From Squalus acanthias (lineage: Eukaryota), in NCBI GenBank assembly GCA_030390025.1, contig CM059432.1, positions 48,114,001 through 48,178,000 of the forward strand: 64,000 nt of DNA. Reading direction: 5' to 3'. The notes under the pieces were generated by a model. The model was not told where the DNA came from and did not search any database. It saw only the letters and a list, made by a program, of their open reading frames with translations. Positions 12,373 to 25,964 of this stretch are shown here, piece after piece. How positions within the stretch are numbered: position 1 is the first letter of the stretch; every line of letters begins with the position of its first letter. The position numbers and the translations under genes were made by a program.

Positions 12373-13764
12373 ATTGGAGGATCAGCCATGATCTCATTAA
12401 ATGGCGGAGCAGGCTCGAAGGGCCGGATGGCCTACTCCTGCTCCTATCTTCTATGTATCTATGTATCTATGTAAGAAGAATTGAAAAAGTGAATATTTTA
12501 GTTTGTCACTGTAAAGCAAAAAAATAGGACTCTACTATATTTTGACTTTGAGTTTGGAGAGATACTATATAATATATACTTGAAAAACTGATAAGAAATA
12601 TCTATATCTCACTCGTCTTTTTATCACATAATCATGTTATAGGAGGGCAATTTATTTACCCTACTTCTATCAACCCGAACATACCTCCCCACTTTTCCAG
12701 GAATTAAACTTGAATCCAAACGGCAAAACTCAACATTGGAAGCAGAAGATATGGGGCCCAAAACTCCAATCAGGAGCTGGGCAGAACAAAAGCAGATTGC
12801 TTCTATGGGAACCGGAAAATGGAGCGGAACCCGGTTCCTCCAAGATTCAGTATTGTTCGAGCAGCTGAGCAATTATCTGGTGGGAGCGAGAGGGCGAATC
12901 TTCCAACCACACCCCCTCACGCCAAGGGCGTATTTTCAGAAGAGGCCCCAGGTTACCCAGGGAATTCTGCTCAGTATATCATTAGCAGGCCTCCGTACAA
13001 CACTCGCCAGCTGAGACCCCAGAAAAGTCTCTAGAAGTCTTACAGTTAAAATTAAAGTAACTAGTCCTGGAGGGGATTGAGTATCATAACTTTAGTGACC
13101 CAGCACTCTCTTAGGAGCAATATTTCAATTATTTTCCTCTTTACTTTCGGCCCTTCTTTGGCACTGTTCCCATGTTCCTGGCTGCTGTCAGGGCAGGCGA
13201 TACTGATGGACCCTTACAGGCAAGAGTCGGACACTGAGTATGCAAAGTGGCCTATCCCCGCAATTTAAGACAGGTCTGGGTCTCCCTGCATGGGCGGACT
13301 TAGAGCCGGCTCCACCGCACTTCTGCTGGTGGAGTGGCCCAAATGAAATTTCATAAACATTTCAATTTATAACATTTTAAGTGACAACTATCTTTTATAT
13401 ATTGGCGTGCTTGCAAGGATATGTTCCTTTACCCTTTTGTCTCCTTTATTTAATTTCTTTTCTCCAAAGGGCCTTGCGATGTTTTGTACATTAAAGACGT
13501 TATATAAATGTAACTTGTTGCTGTTTTGTTTTGACATGGGCTGTGGTTTATTACAGTTACAGGAAATCATGACAGCTGTTTCGCTAAAAAAAACCTGTTG
13601 AGTTCCTTCTCTAATTACTAAAACAAAATTATAGCTCTGAGTTCCAACAGATGAGTAAGGAGTTTCCTGAAAGACTTGAAGTATGATTCTTTGTGATGAA
13701 GGGCTGCAAATAATGACTTTCTGCAGTGTAATTTTTCACATGTTTGTAACTGTGACTGAAGCAA

Positions 13765-13990
13765 AAGCAAAATACTGCGGATGCTGGAAATCTGAAATAA
13801 AAGCAGAAAATGCTGGCAATACTCAGCAGGTCGGGCAGCATCTGTGGAGAGAAAAACAGAGTTAATGTTTCAGGTCGATGACCTTTCATCAGAACTGGTC
13901 ATCAACCTGAAACGTTAGTTGTGTTTCTCTCTCCACCTGCTGAGTGTTTTCCAACATTTCCTGTTTTTAATTTCACATTTCCAGCATTTT
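13765..13990. repeat. Short fold-back interspersed repeat (possibly Penelope-derived)
   Basis: GATGCTGGAAATCTGAAATAAAAGCAGAAAATGCTGG...ACTCAGCAGG followed by its approximate reverse complement. A related piece lies at 27165-27240. Confidence 0.5.
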
Positions 13991-14379
13991 GCTTGCTTGT
14001 ATATACCTGCGTGTATGTAGGATCTTAAAAGCACAATAATCCCTCCCCTCCCCAGGAAAGGTTATACATGGGAACTTTACAGATGGAAATCAAAAAAGCA
14101 ACGGCTAAATTGTGGAAGGGGGAATAAAGTTATAAAATGATTAAACTAAGAGACCTGTGAACCTCATGCATCAGGAGTGAGTCACTCATGTTGGTTTAAA
14201 CATGTGACTTACTGTGGATGCAAATGATGATTAAACACCACTTTATGTATAGAGAAGGGCTGCAGTCTGCCTCACTCCTTGATGATAAACCTGACGTCCC
14301 ACCATTGCCCCGAATCCTTTCTAACCACTCGATCCCTACCGCCAGCGTGGCCCTATCGCCTGCGGATGAAAGCACCGGA

Positions 14380-14820
14380 TACCGGGCACCGAGGAGCAGG
14401 GCGTCCTCCCGTCTCGTACTTAAGCGTAGCGCCAAACCGTTTCGCTCAAGCCCTGCTGAGGCCCATCTCACTTGCTTTACCTGCTCCTTCAAGGGCTGCT
14501 GTCCAACTCCAACAGCGCTAACATGCTACCGCATGGGTGTTGCATTTACCACTACGCATGCGTGGCCAGGCCGAGGAGACGGTAGCCGAAAGAAGGCAAA
14601 AAAAAAAAAATCAGGTTTTACCAGCGGCGGCGCCGGAAGTGGAGGACAAATTGCTGTTTGGATGGTGAAAGTGCAGTGTGCAGGTACGGTACAGAGCATT
14701 TTTGATTATTTTTGGCCGACCCCCTGAAGTCGAAAAAAATCATGACTTTTCTGAATTGAACTGCGAGATCGCAAGTTGGAGTGAATTGTCATTAAAAATT
14801 ACATGTCTCGCGATTAAATC
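14380..14820. promoter_or_regulatory. Probable bidirectional CpG-rich housekeeping promoter
   Basis: Locally CpG-rich, non-repeat DNA. NRF1-like CGCATGCG at 14555-14562, ETS CCGGAAGT at 14633-14640, TCTCGCGA at 14806-14813. Outward-facing donors CAG|GTACGG (+, 14683) and CAG|GTAAAG (-, 14481). Confidence 0.6.
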
Positions 14821-16673
14821 ACGAGAGTTGGCAATACAGATACTCACTGTCTAGGCTCACACATGGTTTGTTTCAGACAGGTACTGGCAAGCTGCCAGTC
14901 TCCATGGGACCACAGTCCAACATGCATTCAGCATTTCCAGGAAAAGGGAGGAAAAAATCAGGATTGAGTAACATATGCATGCCTTTAAAATTGCAACAAA
15001 GGGTGACTAATTATTATTTGGAAAACAAATGTTCCATGAACAAAATGCACATTATGATATTGCTAGTTTATGGAAAGAAATCACCAATGCTGCGGTAAAC
15101 AAACACACATCCACCCACCCACACACAGCTTCTTTCTGCAATACTTTACTTTCTACTATGCACAGCAGGGTTAATATTAAGCTACTTCCCAAATTACCAT
15201 TCAGGATCAGCACAGGAACCAGAATTTCATACTGGTTGCTTGTTGACTCCACTTCATCATTGATATCAGTGGGGCGATTCCCAGCTCAGTGTGGAAATCC
15301 GCTTTTGGGGGGAGGGGGTAAATGACACCACAGCAAGAAAGGTATTTGTGTTTTATAATAAGAGGACTTCAGTTTAGAATTATATGCCCTACAGTAATGT
15401 TCATCTTTAAGCCGCGTCAGAAAATTTGTTAAATATTAAAATGGCTTTGGATCTGCAAATACAAAGCATGATTTGAACTTTTATCAGAACATTCATTCCT
15501 AATAAATGACATTGGATGGTGTTGAAATATATAATTTATTTATCAAGAAATCTTAGGCTGGATTCCATTCCATTGTGTACTTACACTATTTATGGTGGGT
15601 GCAGTGTCTGGCACCCACTGTGGTATGTGGCAATATTTGAAATGTGATTTATTGATCTTTTATGTGCCAGTCCACTGTGCAGTCACATACATTATGCATT
15701 AAAGTATAGCGATTCTAATAACTAACTTAAGATTGAAAAGGTCAGTTTTCTGTACTATTGTTTAAGCCAATAGAATGTGCAATAAAGAACAGTAACCTGT
15801 ATAAAAGGTTATTTATTCTACTGAAAGGCAAGTTGTAAAATACTGACTGGTTGGAAAATTAGGCCCCTCAAATAACTGGGGCCTGAGAGAGCGGAAAGCA
15901 GGTACATCAGTCGTCGGGAGTGGAGTATTTGTGGTGGATCTTGGGGTCCCATTGAGTTTCCATCCTGTTTCATTTCTACCCTAAATTCAGGTTGGGGGGA
16001 AGCTGACGAGTTTTCAACCTACGTCGGGGAGACTTATTGAGGGGAACCACTTGGGCTCTTGCAGTAATTATATCCATTGCACCTTTGTAAGACTTAATGG
16101 AATTCTCCCCACCTGAGAATTGGTGTGAGTTCCATTAAGGCCCCAGAAAAGGCCCAGAAAGGCAACAAGACAAAGGTAATGGATATCTTTATTATGGTGG
16201 CATTTTACTCCATTAGAAGCAGAAGAAATAATATTGGACCTTTATCTTCAGCCTTTTCTGAGCCTCAGTCTCACTCTAGCAGAGCAGCATGGTGCCACTC
16301 CAAGTTCCAGGTACAGTTTGGGGCAGGTGATTCTGAAGCACCCTTACTGCTGGGCACCTGTGCCTTCCTCCACGTGCAGCCGGGAGTTCCACTCTGCAAT
16401 ACTTGCACTGATGATGTGGGACTCCTGGAATTTTGGGCCTTAGATTTAACAGATGTCACATAAACTTTATGAGGATTTATATCACTGGCACTCATAATAT
16501 GGCATGGGGGTTAATTACAGCCCACCTCCCTTCCATGTGCCTCTGGGGCCCACTTCAGGGCCCACCTGGTTGTAAGAACTGGGATTTTGTTTTCCAGTAG
16601 CAGAGAGGAAAGAACTGCCATTAGGAAGCAACTATCTAAATAGCAAGTGAAAGGGTCTCTGTTAAAATTATGG

Positions 16674-17517
16674 GGGCTGGATTTTCAATGACCCGTGGAG
16701 TCGGGTTTGGAGGCATGTGGGGGGTTAAAGTTGCAGATTCGGGGGTCCCGACCCCATCCCGCCTCCAACCCGCCTCCATGCCAGTTTCGCTGGCGGCGGG
16801 TACCCGACCTGTACTGGGACCCGCCTCCCCGAGGCGGGAAGGGATTAGTGACAATAAACTGCCTGTTAACAGGTAGTTAACAGGCAGTTTTTTGCCTAAT
16901 CCCTATTTTGACGGCTGAAATGTGGGCTTCCCGACAGGTGGCAACCACGCCAAGTTATCGGGGCGGACCTTGGGTCTGCAGGGGTTGGAGGGGTCGATAT
17001 GTCCGGTGGGCAGGTGAGTGATGGGTGCATGTGTGCAGAGGTAAGTGTGTAAGGTAAGTGCTAAGTGTGGGAAAAAGTTTTACTTACCTTAACTTCCTCC
17101 TGCAGGTGTCAGCCCTTCAGTTCTCGGGAGTCAGAAATCTCACCGGCACAGAAAGCAGAAAAGCTGTGGTGCTGTCAAAAACTGCAGCCTTCTGCTTTCT
17201 GTGGTGGAATGATTTCTAACTCAGCCTGAGAGGAAGGACTCAAGTTAGAAATCATATTGTCAGTGTTTGACAGCTTCACAGAGCTGTCCAACGCTGATAT
17301 TTCATCTGTCAAAAGCTCTTGACAGATGAAATGTCAATCTGTGACGTCACCTGTTGCCGGGTGGCCCTTAATTGGCCTGCTGAGCTCGCTGGGCGGGCTC
17401 AACAAGGTCAATCAAGGGAAAATACAGTGGGTTGGCCACAAGTCGATGGAGGCGGGTCTACAACCCAAAAAGTGGGATTCACGACCCCAACCCGACCCCA
17501 GTATCAAAATCCAGCCC
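16674..17517. mobile_element. Harbinger-type MITE
   Basis: TIRs GGGCTGGATTTT / AAAATCCAGCCC. Ends are homologous to 19312-19973. Confidence 0.8.
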
Positions 17518-17832
17518 TAGGACTCTGTTACAAAAAAATTTGGCCCTGAAATTCTTGGGGCTTGCTCTACCAATGCAAGTGCGGTGGAGTGGAACCTCTG
17601 TCTGCTCCAGATAGAAGCCAGAGACCACATCCCAAATCCCAGGCACAGTATCATTCACATAACTGGGACAGGCGCGAAGTCTGCAAGGACACTTCAGTAT
17701 AGCATCCATCCTTATCCACTTGCTGGAAATCGGTGACCCACAGCCAATCTGCTAGAGATGCCCCAGGGTTAGGTTAAATTACCCCCTAACTGTCTGGTCC
17801 ACGCGTGTCCACATTGGTCTTAGTGGAAACTT

Positions 17833-20779
17833 ATAGAATCATAGAATGATACAGCACAGACGGAGGTCATTTGGCCCATCGTGCCTGTATCGGCTCTTTG
17901 TAAGAGTTAACCAATTAGTCCCACTCCACTGCTCTTTCCCCATAGTCCTGCAATTTTTTCCTCTTCAAGCATTTATCCAATTCTCATTTAGTAGGTCTGT
18001 CATGTGTCTACCCAGTTCACCAGTCTGTCTATGAAGTTTGTTACTCTCCTCCTCACTGATTACTACATTTCCAAGTTTCGTGTCATCTGGTAACTAGGGA
18101 TTGAATGCTAGCATCGCCCACATCCCGAGAACAATTAAGAAGTGAATCATAATGATCTGAAGAAATCATAGTTTATGGGATTAAAAGGGCAGTGGACCCA
18201 CGGGTATGAAATTGGCGTAGTGGTGAATGAAATTATTGAAATTATGCCCTGTGTACCCAAGTTAGGGGGAATTAAATACGTGGGGTTACGGGGGTAGGGT
18301 GGGATATGTGTACTGTGGGGAATAAAGCAGGGACAGGGTACTGGATTTGGATGATCAGCCATGATCGTATTGAATGGTGGAGCAGGCTCGACGGGCCGAA
18401 TGGCCTACTCCTGCTCCTAGATTCTATGTTTCTATGTTTCTATGTTTCTATGTTCAGATCATTAATATATATCAAAAGGAATAACTGTCCCAACACTGAC
18501 CCCTGGGGAACACCATTGTACACTTCCCTCCAGTCTGAAAAATATTCATTCACCACTACGCCAATTTCATACCCGCGGGTCCACTGCCCTTTTAATCCCA
18601 TAAACTATGATTTCTTCAGATCATTATGATTCACTTTTTAATTGTTCTCGGGATGTGGGCGATGCTAGCATTCAATCCCTAGTTACCAAGAAGGTGGTAG
18701 TGGGGCTTCTGTTCATACTATCATGGTACAGAAGGAGCCATTCAGCCCATCATGCCTGTGCCGGCTCTTTGGTAGAGCCACTTTGGTTAGTCCCACTCCC
18801 CCGATCTTTCCCCATTGCCCTGCAAATTTTTTCTCTTCGAGTATTTATCCAATTCTCTTTTGAATATTACTATTGAATCTGCTTGACCACCCTTTCAGGC
18901 CGTGCATTCCAGATCACAACAACTCACTGTATAAAAAATGTTTCCTCATGTCGCCTCTGGTTCTTTTGCCAATCACCTTAAATCTATGTCCTCTGGTACC
19001 AAGCCTTCTGCCACTAGAAACAGTTTGTCCTTATTTACTCTATCAAAACAGTTCATGATTTTGAACACCTCTAACAAATCTCCTCTTAACCTTCTCTGCT
19101 CTAAGGAGAACAACCCCAGCTTCTCCAGTCTCTCCATATAACTGAAGTCCCTCATCCCTGGTACCATTCTAGTAAATCTCTTCTACACCCTCTCTAAAGC
19201 CTTGACATCCTTCCTAAAGTGTGGTGCCCAGAATTGAACACAATACTCCAGCTCAGACCTAACTAATGTTTTATAAATGTTGAGCATACCATCCTTGCTT
19301 TTGTACTCTATGGGCTGGATTTTCATTGACCCATGGAGGTGGGTTTGGAGGCATGTGGGGGGTTAAAATTGCGAAAACTGGCGGGTGGGCACAAGTCCGC
19401 CTCCATCCGCCTCCACGCAATTTTCATTAAATCGTGTCTGCTGGTCCCGACTCTGTCCCGCCTCTAAGAGGCGGGATAGGCTGTTAAGGCCCTTAACAAG
19501 CACTAAATTGCCTCTATAATGCCATTTTGAAAGGCCTTTGTGATTTTAACCCTTTTTCTATGTGAAGCACGCCTGTTGTGAACCACGATTGTGAAACCTG
19601 GCGGGAGCACATTTGGATATGGATAGTTGACGCTGGCTGGCGCATATGTGGATGGATGGAGAGGACATATCTGGGAGTGGTGGTGTAAAAATATCTGGGA
19701 GCAGACTTAGGACTGCTGCTGCTCATTTTGCAGGTCCTCTCAGCAAAGGCCAGGCAGTGTTTGAAGACCTTCAATGCAGCAGCAATGATGACATCATCAG
19801 AGGCGACTTTCAGACTGAAAACACTAACTGGTTCATGGGTTCCCACATGCTGGAACTCAATTGCCCAATTAGGTGAAAATTGCATCAATCTCCCACATCC
19901 AATTGCAGTTGGGTGGATAACACAAAAAGTAGATGACACGACCCCAACCCGCCCCAGTATCAAAATCCAGCCCTATGCCTCTATTGATAAAGCCAAGGAT
20001 CTCGTGTGCCTTTTTAAGTCTTCTCAACTTGTCCTGCCACTTTCACTGACTTGTGTACACACCCCCAGGTCTCTCTGTTCCCGCGCTCCATTTAAAATTG
20101 TACCATTTTGTTTATATTGCCTCTCCTTATTCTTCCTACCAAAATGTATCACTTCACACTTCTCTGCATTAAATTTCATCTGCCATGTGTCTGCCTATTT
20201 CACCAATCCATCTATTTCCGCCTGAAGTCTGTTAGTATCCCCCTCACTGTTTACTATATTTCTGAGTTTTGTGTCATCTGCAAACTTTGAAATTATACCC
20301 TGTATACCCAAGTCCAGCTCATTAATATATATCAAAAAGAGCAGTGGTCCTAATACCGACCCTTGGGGAGCACCACTATATATTTCCCTCCAGTCTGAAA
20401 AACAACCATTCACCACTACTCTCTGCTTTCTGTCCCTTAGCCAATTTCGTATAAAATGCTGCTACTGTCCCTTTAATCCCAAGGACTTTAATTTTGCTTA
20501 CGTCTATTATGTAGTACTTCATGAAATGCTTTTTGAAAGTCTATATGCACGACATCAACTGCATGACCCTTATCAACCCTTTCTGTTACTTCATTAAAGA
20601 ACTCAATCAAGTTAGTCAAACATGATTTGCGTTTAACAAACCGATGCTGACTTTCATTTATTAGCCCATAATTTTCCAAGTGCCAATTAATGTTGTCTTG
20701 GATTATTGTCTCTAAAGGTTTCCCCACCACCGACATTAAGCTGACTGGCCTGTAGTTGCCGTATTTATCCCTCTCCCCT
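17833..20779 (-). mobile_element. Cluster of decayed minus-strand CR1 fragments with nested V-SINE tail and MITE
   Basis: ORF fragments GAPQGSVLGPLLFLIYIN...KFADD (20195-20416) and YMERLEKLGLFSLEQRRLRGDL (18973-19167). V-SINE 3' part at 18264-18452. Confidence 0.8.
19312..19973. mobile_element. Harbinger-type MITE with 3-bp TSD (TAT) inserted in CR1
   Basis: 12-bp TIRs GGGCTGGATTTT / AAAATCCAGCCC. TAT at 19309-19311 and 19974-19976. Removing it restores CR1 TTGTACTCTATGCCTCTATT. Confidence 0.9.
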
Positions 20780-23217
20780 TCAGGTGCTTAGAAAGGTCTG
20801 GAGGTGCCCTTCAATACTTACCAGCGAGGGAGCCCAGAATAATAGTGGTGTCTTGCATCCTGCACAACATTGCGCAGCAGAGAGGGCTGCAGGTGGACAA
20901 GGACCAAGGCGCTCATCACTCATCTTCAGATGAGGAGAACATTGAAGAGGAAGAGGAGGAGGAATATGAAAATGGAGCACCCATCGCCAGACCAGCCATG
21001 TACATTGCTGCCAGGGATGCCCTAATAGCTCAAGGGTTCAGCTAGTGGTGACTCACACAGGAAAACATCACAAATGAAATTCTCCAACCCACTCCCACCA
21101 CCAGCACCAACCCCACCACCCCTCTCTTTTCACTAAACATTCCTTCAACCATGTATCCACCCATTGCGCATCTGCCCAATGGGTCCCGTCATGTACTGAC
21201 ATTCATCATGAAAGAACTAAAAAGGTGAGTTGGTACCCAGGACGAAGTAATGGGCAAGACATGGAAGTAATGCTAAGCAATAAATTTTATGTGCCGTTAT
21301 AAGGAAAAAAAACTTAACAACATAACATTTTGTCAAACACCCATGTGCATACCATTTGTGAATTACAATAGCTTTCTCTTACGCTTCTTACCTCCTCCAC
21401 GTGGTGCATCCCATGTGGCTTCAGCAGAGGTTGAGGCAGGCTGCTCTGACTGCTGAGATGCTTTTGGCCTATGCCGTCTGGGTTTCGGAGCCCATGACGG
21501 CTCCGCCAAAGCTAGCTGGACCTGCGCCTGTGCAGGGGCAGACTCAACCATTGGGAGACGAGGCAGTATATCTGGTACTGGCTGAGGTGGGGGGCAACGG
21601 ATGAAAAGTGGGGGCTCTTTGAGTGGAATGCCCACTTCCATGTTCCCTTTCGCCATCATCCCTCTCCTGGGCCAGCGCCACATCAGTCCTACAACTCTGC
21701 TGCAGACCAGCTTGGTGGAGATCAGTGACGCGTTGTAAGGTCATGGATAAGGTATCTGTCATCTTGTTTAAGGCAGCAGACATGTTGCCATCCAAAATCT
21801 GAATGGCCATGCTAATGGTCTACATGGACACATTTGAGAGCCGTGCTTGAGGCTCCACAGAGGTGACCAATCTCTTCATGTCAGACATTCTCGCAATTAC
21901 CTGCACCACCAATCCACCAGTGATCGAGTTGGACTCTTCACTATTGTGAAGAGTTTGAGTGGCACGTCTGTCAGTACCTGGCTAAGTTGCTGATGTACCT
22001 CTAGCATGCTATTTCTCAACGATAGCCCCCGGGGTCCAGCATTTGTGTCCAGTACTGAAGTGCGAGTATTTGCACTGGTGCATGGCTGTACGTCCTGTGA
22101 TGGTGCACCCTCAGAAGGAATGAGGTCCTCTGAGGAATCGTCCTCATGCATGTCCAGCAACACTTGCTGTATGCGTAAAGGCCCTGGAAAACAAAAGAAA
22201 GGGATATGAATTTATTGTGGCAAAGTTCCGATCTTGACAATCACCGTACTCAGTCTTCTCTTAGTTCAGTCATTGATGAAATTAAGTCAGCATATGTGTG
22301 TCAGAGAGATTTGTAAATCTGACACCAGCTCTCTGCGTGTTTTGTTGTCTCTCCATCTCCGACTGAGAGGGGCACAGATGTGCCACTTATCTCCAGGACG
22401 TTCTCCTCTGCATCTGTGAGCTGGACTATTTGTGATGGACCACCTCCAGTCCTCTTCCTCTTGTGCTTTGCGCTCTTTTCTCCTACAAGGGGCGAAAAAA
22501 CAAACCTGTGAGTGACTGACGGTCAGGTATTCACCCGATGGATGTAGTGCATTTGGTGAGGGTGACGATGAGACAGATGCATCACATTGCATAAAGACTG
22601 GGGTAACAATGGATGGATAAATGGGGAGGTGATGAAGTGCAGAGAAAGTGAAGACTGGGTGCTGTGAGGAGTAATGTGATGGAATACGCTTGGCAAGACA
22701 GCGTGAAAGGTAGGGGGAGGGCTTTGACCAGAGGATTTAGGTGGATCAGCAAAAGTGCTCACTTTTCCTGACCTGGTCATTAAATTGCTTCCTGCAATGC
22801 ATCCAAGACCGGGGCACAATGCCTCTGCTGCTTACCTCCTCAGCTACCTCCAAGCATGTTGCAGGTTTCTTCCTCCCATTGCTGCGAAAAAGTATGCCCC
22901 TGCTTCTCCCGATTGTACCCAGCAATAATTCCAGGGATGTATCATTAAATCTGGGTGCTGCCCTTGCCCTCTGTGCATCCATCATAAACACCTCCTGGTT
23001 CCTCCAATTTCCATTTCTAAATTCCATTTAAATAGTTGAGTTCGTGTCATGCAGGTGCGAAACATGCACAGCTTGGAGATGCGAAACACTGAACTCAAAA
23101 TTTATTGCCTCAATCAAGCTGAAATCGGAGAATCCGACGCACTAACTTGACTTCCGGGTTTCATCCATGCTATTCCACCCCTCTCTCGGAAGCCGCCTTC
23201 ATATTAATATCGGGGCC
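20780..23217. mobile_element. PIF/Harbinger relic: transposase C-terminus (+, 20845-21045) convergent with decayed spliced Myb/SANT-like gene (-)
   Basis: VSCILHNIA...acidic tract...ARDALIAQGF is a typical Harbinger transposase end. RAAPRFNDTSLELLL...RSWMHCRKQFNDQVR is Myb/SANT-like, with a donor at ~22762. Confidence 0.8.
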
Positions 23218-23471
23218 TAAGAGTCAACCACATGGTATGGGACGGGAGGGCAGACCGGATAGAGGTGGCAGGTTGTCCTCCCTGAAGGACATTAGTGAAC
23301 CAATTTGCTTTTTCTTTATAAAGTACAAGAATCTGGCAGCTTACATGATTTTTTTTTACAACTTGCTATGTTGGAAATATGAATTCACAATCTCTAGATT
23401 GCTAGTCCAGAACTATAATGACTGCACAAACATACCGCATATGTAATACTAATCTTTCTATTTCATTTCAG

Positions 23472-23642
23472 TGAATGTTTCTGGATAATACAAAGCTCAG
23501 GCATGCAAACTGCTGAACTAATTGGTCTTATACCATATAATTAGACAACAAAATCCAACGTTGATTATGTTTGCGATCTCAAGGTGCTCTACTGAATCTA
23601 ATTATAACTCTAAAGAATGAAGGTGGAAACTGTACATTTTCT
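23472..23642 (+). other. Candidate host exon (5' UTR plus possible start MKVETVHF...)
   Basis: Branch point TACTAAT (23447), polypyrimidine tract and CAG| acceptor, CT|GTGAGT donor, ATG at 23617, in unique sequence. Confidence 0.4.
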
Positions 23643-25964
23643 GTGAGTTTAATACCATGCAGTGTCATTTTGGCATTAGTTGAAATATTTACACCTGCAA
23701 GTCTTTAACTCCAGGTACTCCGAAGCTAGCACGCATTAATTCTTGAACTGTATGCAATCCTAAACTAGCGCCTGTTCATTCAAGTGCAGCATAAGTAGTG
23801 TTTTGGATTTATGTGACACAAGTACTGGAAGATACTGAATAGAACATATGAGCAGAATAGATAGGGTGATCTATTAATGTATTATTAGCTGAGGTTAATG
23901 AGATGCAGTGTTCTTGGTAGAGTGCATTGTTATAGTTCCCATCGGTGTTCTATTTACCCTTGAGTATATTGCATATAGATATATTATGGGGCATGATACT
24001 ATCACTTCTACACAGTATAGTTTTGCTGTTGTATCTTAAATAATAATTTAATACCACGAATTATAATTAAGAGAATACCTCAAGGACAATACTAAATGAT
24101 GTTAACGATTCCATCAAATATTTAAACGGAGAGGACTAAAATGTTTCTTCACTAAATGCAAACATATTACCAGGTTAGATTTTATTTATAACTTTACTGC
24201 AAGTGAATTAAGAATTATCTAATTTTTCAACATATGTCTTCAGAAGTTTACAGAAAATCAATTTTTCAGATGTGTAAAGGAGGTTCTGAAGAAGGATCTC
24301 CACTTGAAATGTTAACCTACTATCTTTCCTCTGTTAGATGCTGATTGCCCTGCTATGGATTTCCAAGACTCTTTCTCTTCCTTGTAACCTATCTTCCAGC
24401 TATGCTAGTCTTAAAGATGTTGTTTGTCTCTTTATTGGGATTTTCATTTTCCTTGTCTGTGTTTCTCTTCTTATAATTTTGTATTTCCTAAAACTCATTT
24501 TCACAGCCATATTTCTTTTCGTAGCACTTGCCTCCAATCTTTACCCTGCGGCTAGTAGTTTCAATTTGGTGAAGTGGTGGCACCGTCACCACTGACTCAG
24601 AAGTCGGGGTGTTCAAGACCAACTCCAAGACTCGAGCACATAAAACACCAAAAGAGATTAGCTCATTGCTGTTTGTGGGACCTTGCTGTATGAAAATTAG
24701 CTACTGCATTTGCCTACAAAAAAAACCTGCAATTTTAATTTATTGGCTATGAAGTGCCTTGGGGAATCCTGTGGCTGTGAAAGGTGCTATATAAATGCAA
24801 GTCTTTCTTTCAAGGATTCTAGCTAAAACTTCACCCTTCCTCTTTCAGGCTGATTCTGTGTTATTATTAATATTAAACACTGTGATATTCAATGTTCCTC
24901 TGATGACTGCTCTTACCATTTTGTAAAACATATACTCCCTCTCATTCATTATTGCATACATTCTCTCCATCTTTTTCAAGGAGTTCTGACCAAGGGTCCC
25001 AACTCAAAACACTAACCCGCCTTTTCTCTTTTCAGATGCTTATTTTCTGGTTGAAATCCCAATTGGATGACTTACTCATTCATTGGTAACTTAGTCAGTA
25101 GCAGGAAGTACTTGCATAATAACAGGGGTATAAGTACACAATCCTGCACAGTCAGCAATAGGGCGATTGAAGTTGTAATATGCATGTGGCTAAGAAATTA
25201 ATGAGTAATTTAAGGTCACACCCTCTTAAGCTTCCTATTCAAACTTCCCTGGAGCTCACTGTGCATGACAAAGTGTCAAGTTGAGTAAGAAAAATTCTGA
25301 GGTAAAATCAGGATTTGGCAAAGAGTTTAACCAATGAAAAGAGGCACAAAGCTGCCTGCAGCACAAAGTACATCCAGATAAGATATCTTCACCTGAAGGT
25401 TTGTACAAGTTAATTGATATCACTCACATGACAAAGAAAACTCCACACAATCGAAAAGCACCGAGTGTGGTACATTTTACACTCAATGGAAATAGTTACA
25501 AAGTTAAATACACTAAATGGTATTAATAAATACTACGGTATCTCTGGATAACTCTGGTTACAGAAATTAATGGATACAAGGTAGTTCACATGTCCTTTTC
25601 TCTAATTCTCTTAACACTCAAGTTGTAAGGTGGGTCTAGCTGTGGTGTTAGTCAGTTCAAGTTTAAAATCATGCTGTAGTAGCTTAAACATATGTGGGCA
25701 CCACAAGTACGATAGCTGCCCACAAGATAGCCAAAAATAGAAATCACAAATCTAGGAATGCCCACTGGTAATTATAGTCCTATAGTCAATGAAAGCACAA
25801 CTAGATCTGTATTTTGCCTTGACAACCGGGAAAATTGGAGACAGATATTTGATTTACTTTTGTATAGAGGTCCCAAGGTATGTTAGCAAGGCAACCATTA
25901 ACGTCTGTGCCAATGTTTCTGTGGTGGTGGGGAGGATGTGTTGATCCTTGGGGTGAGGATCCTG

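Larger units (their letters stand above)
7491..12472 (+). mobile_element. Full-length young CR1 LINE inserted in the RTE (AAG)n tail
   Basis: 5' monomer array, ORF1, ORF2 and a 3' UTR ending in (TCTATGTA)n. AAGAA flanks both sides. Confidence 0.95.

Noticed and set aside
12613..12879. Possible host exon (open 79-codon AG...GT segment on +; splice-like signals also on -)
   Set aside because: No recognisable protein and conflicting strand signals. Cannot be supported without transcripts.
14218..14727. 169-aa ORF over the CpG-rich region
   Set aside because: Low-information translation through a poly-A run, typical of GC-rich promoter DNA.
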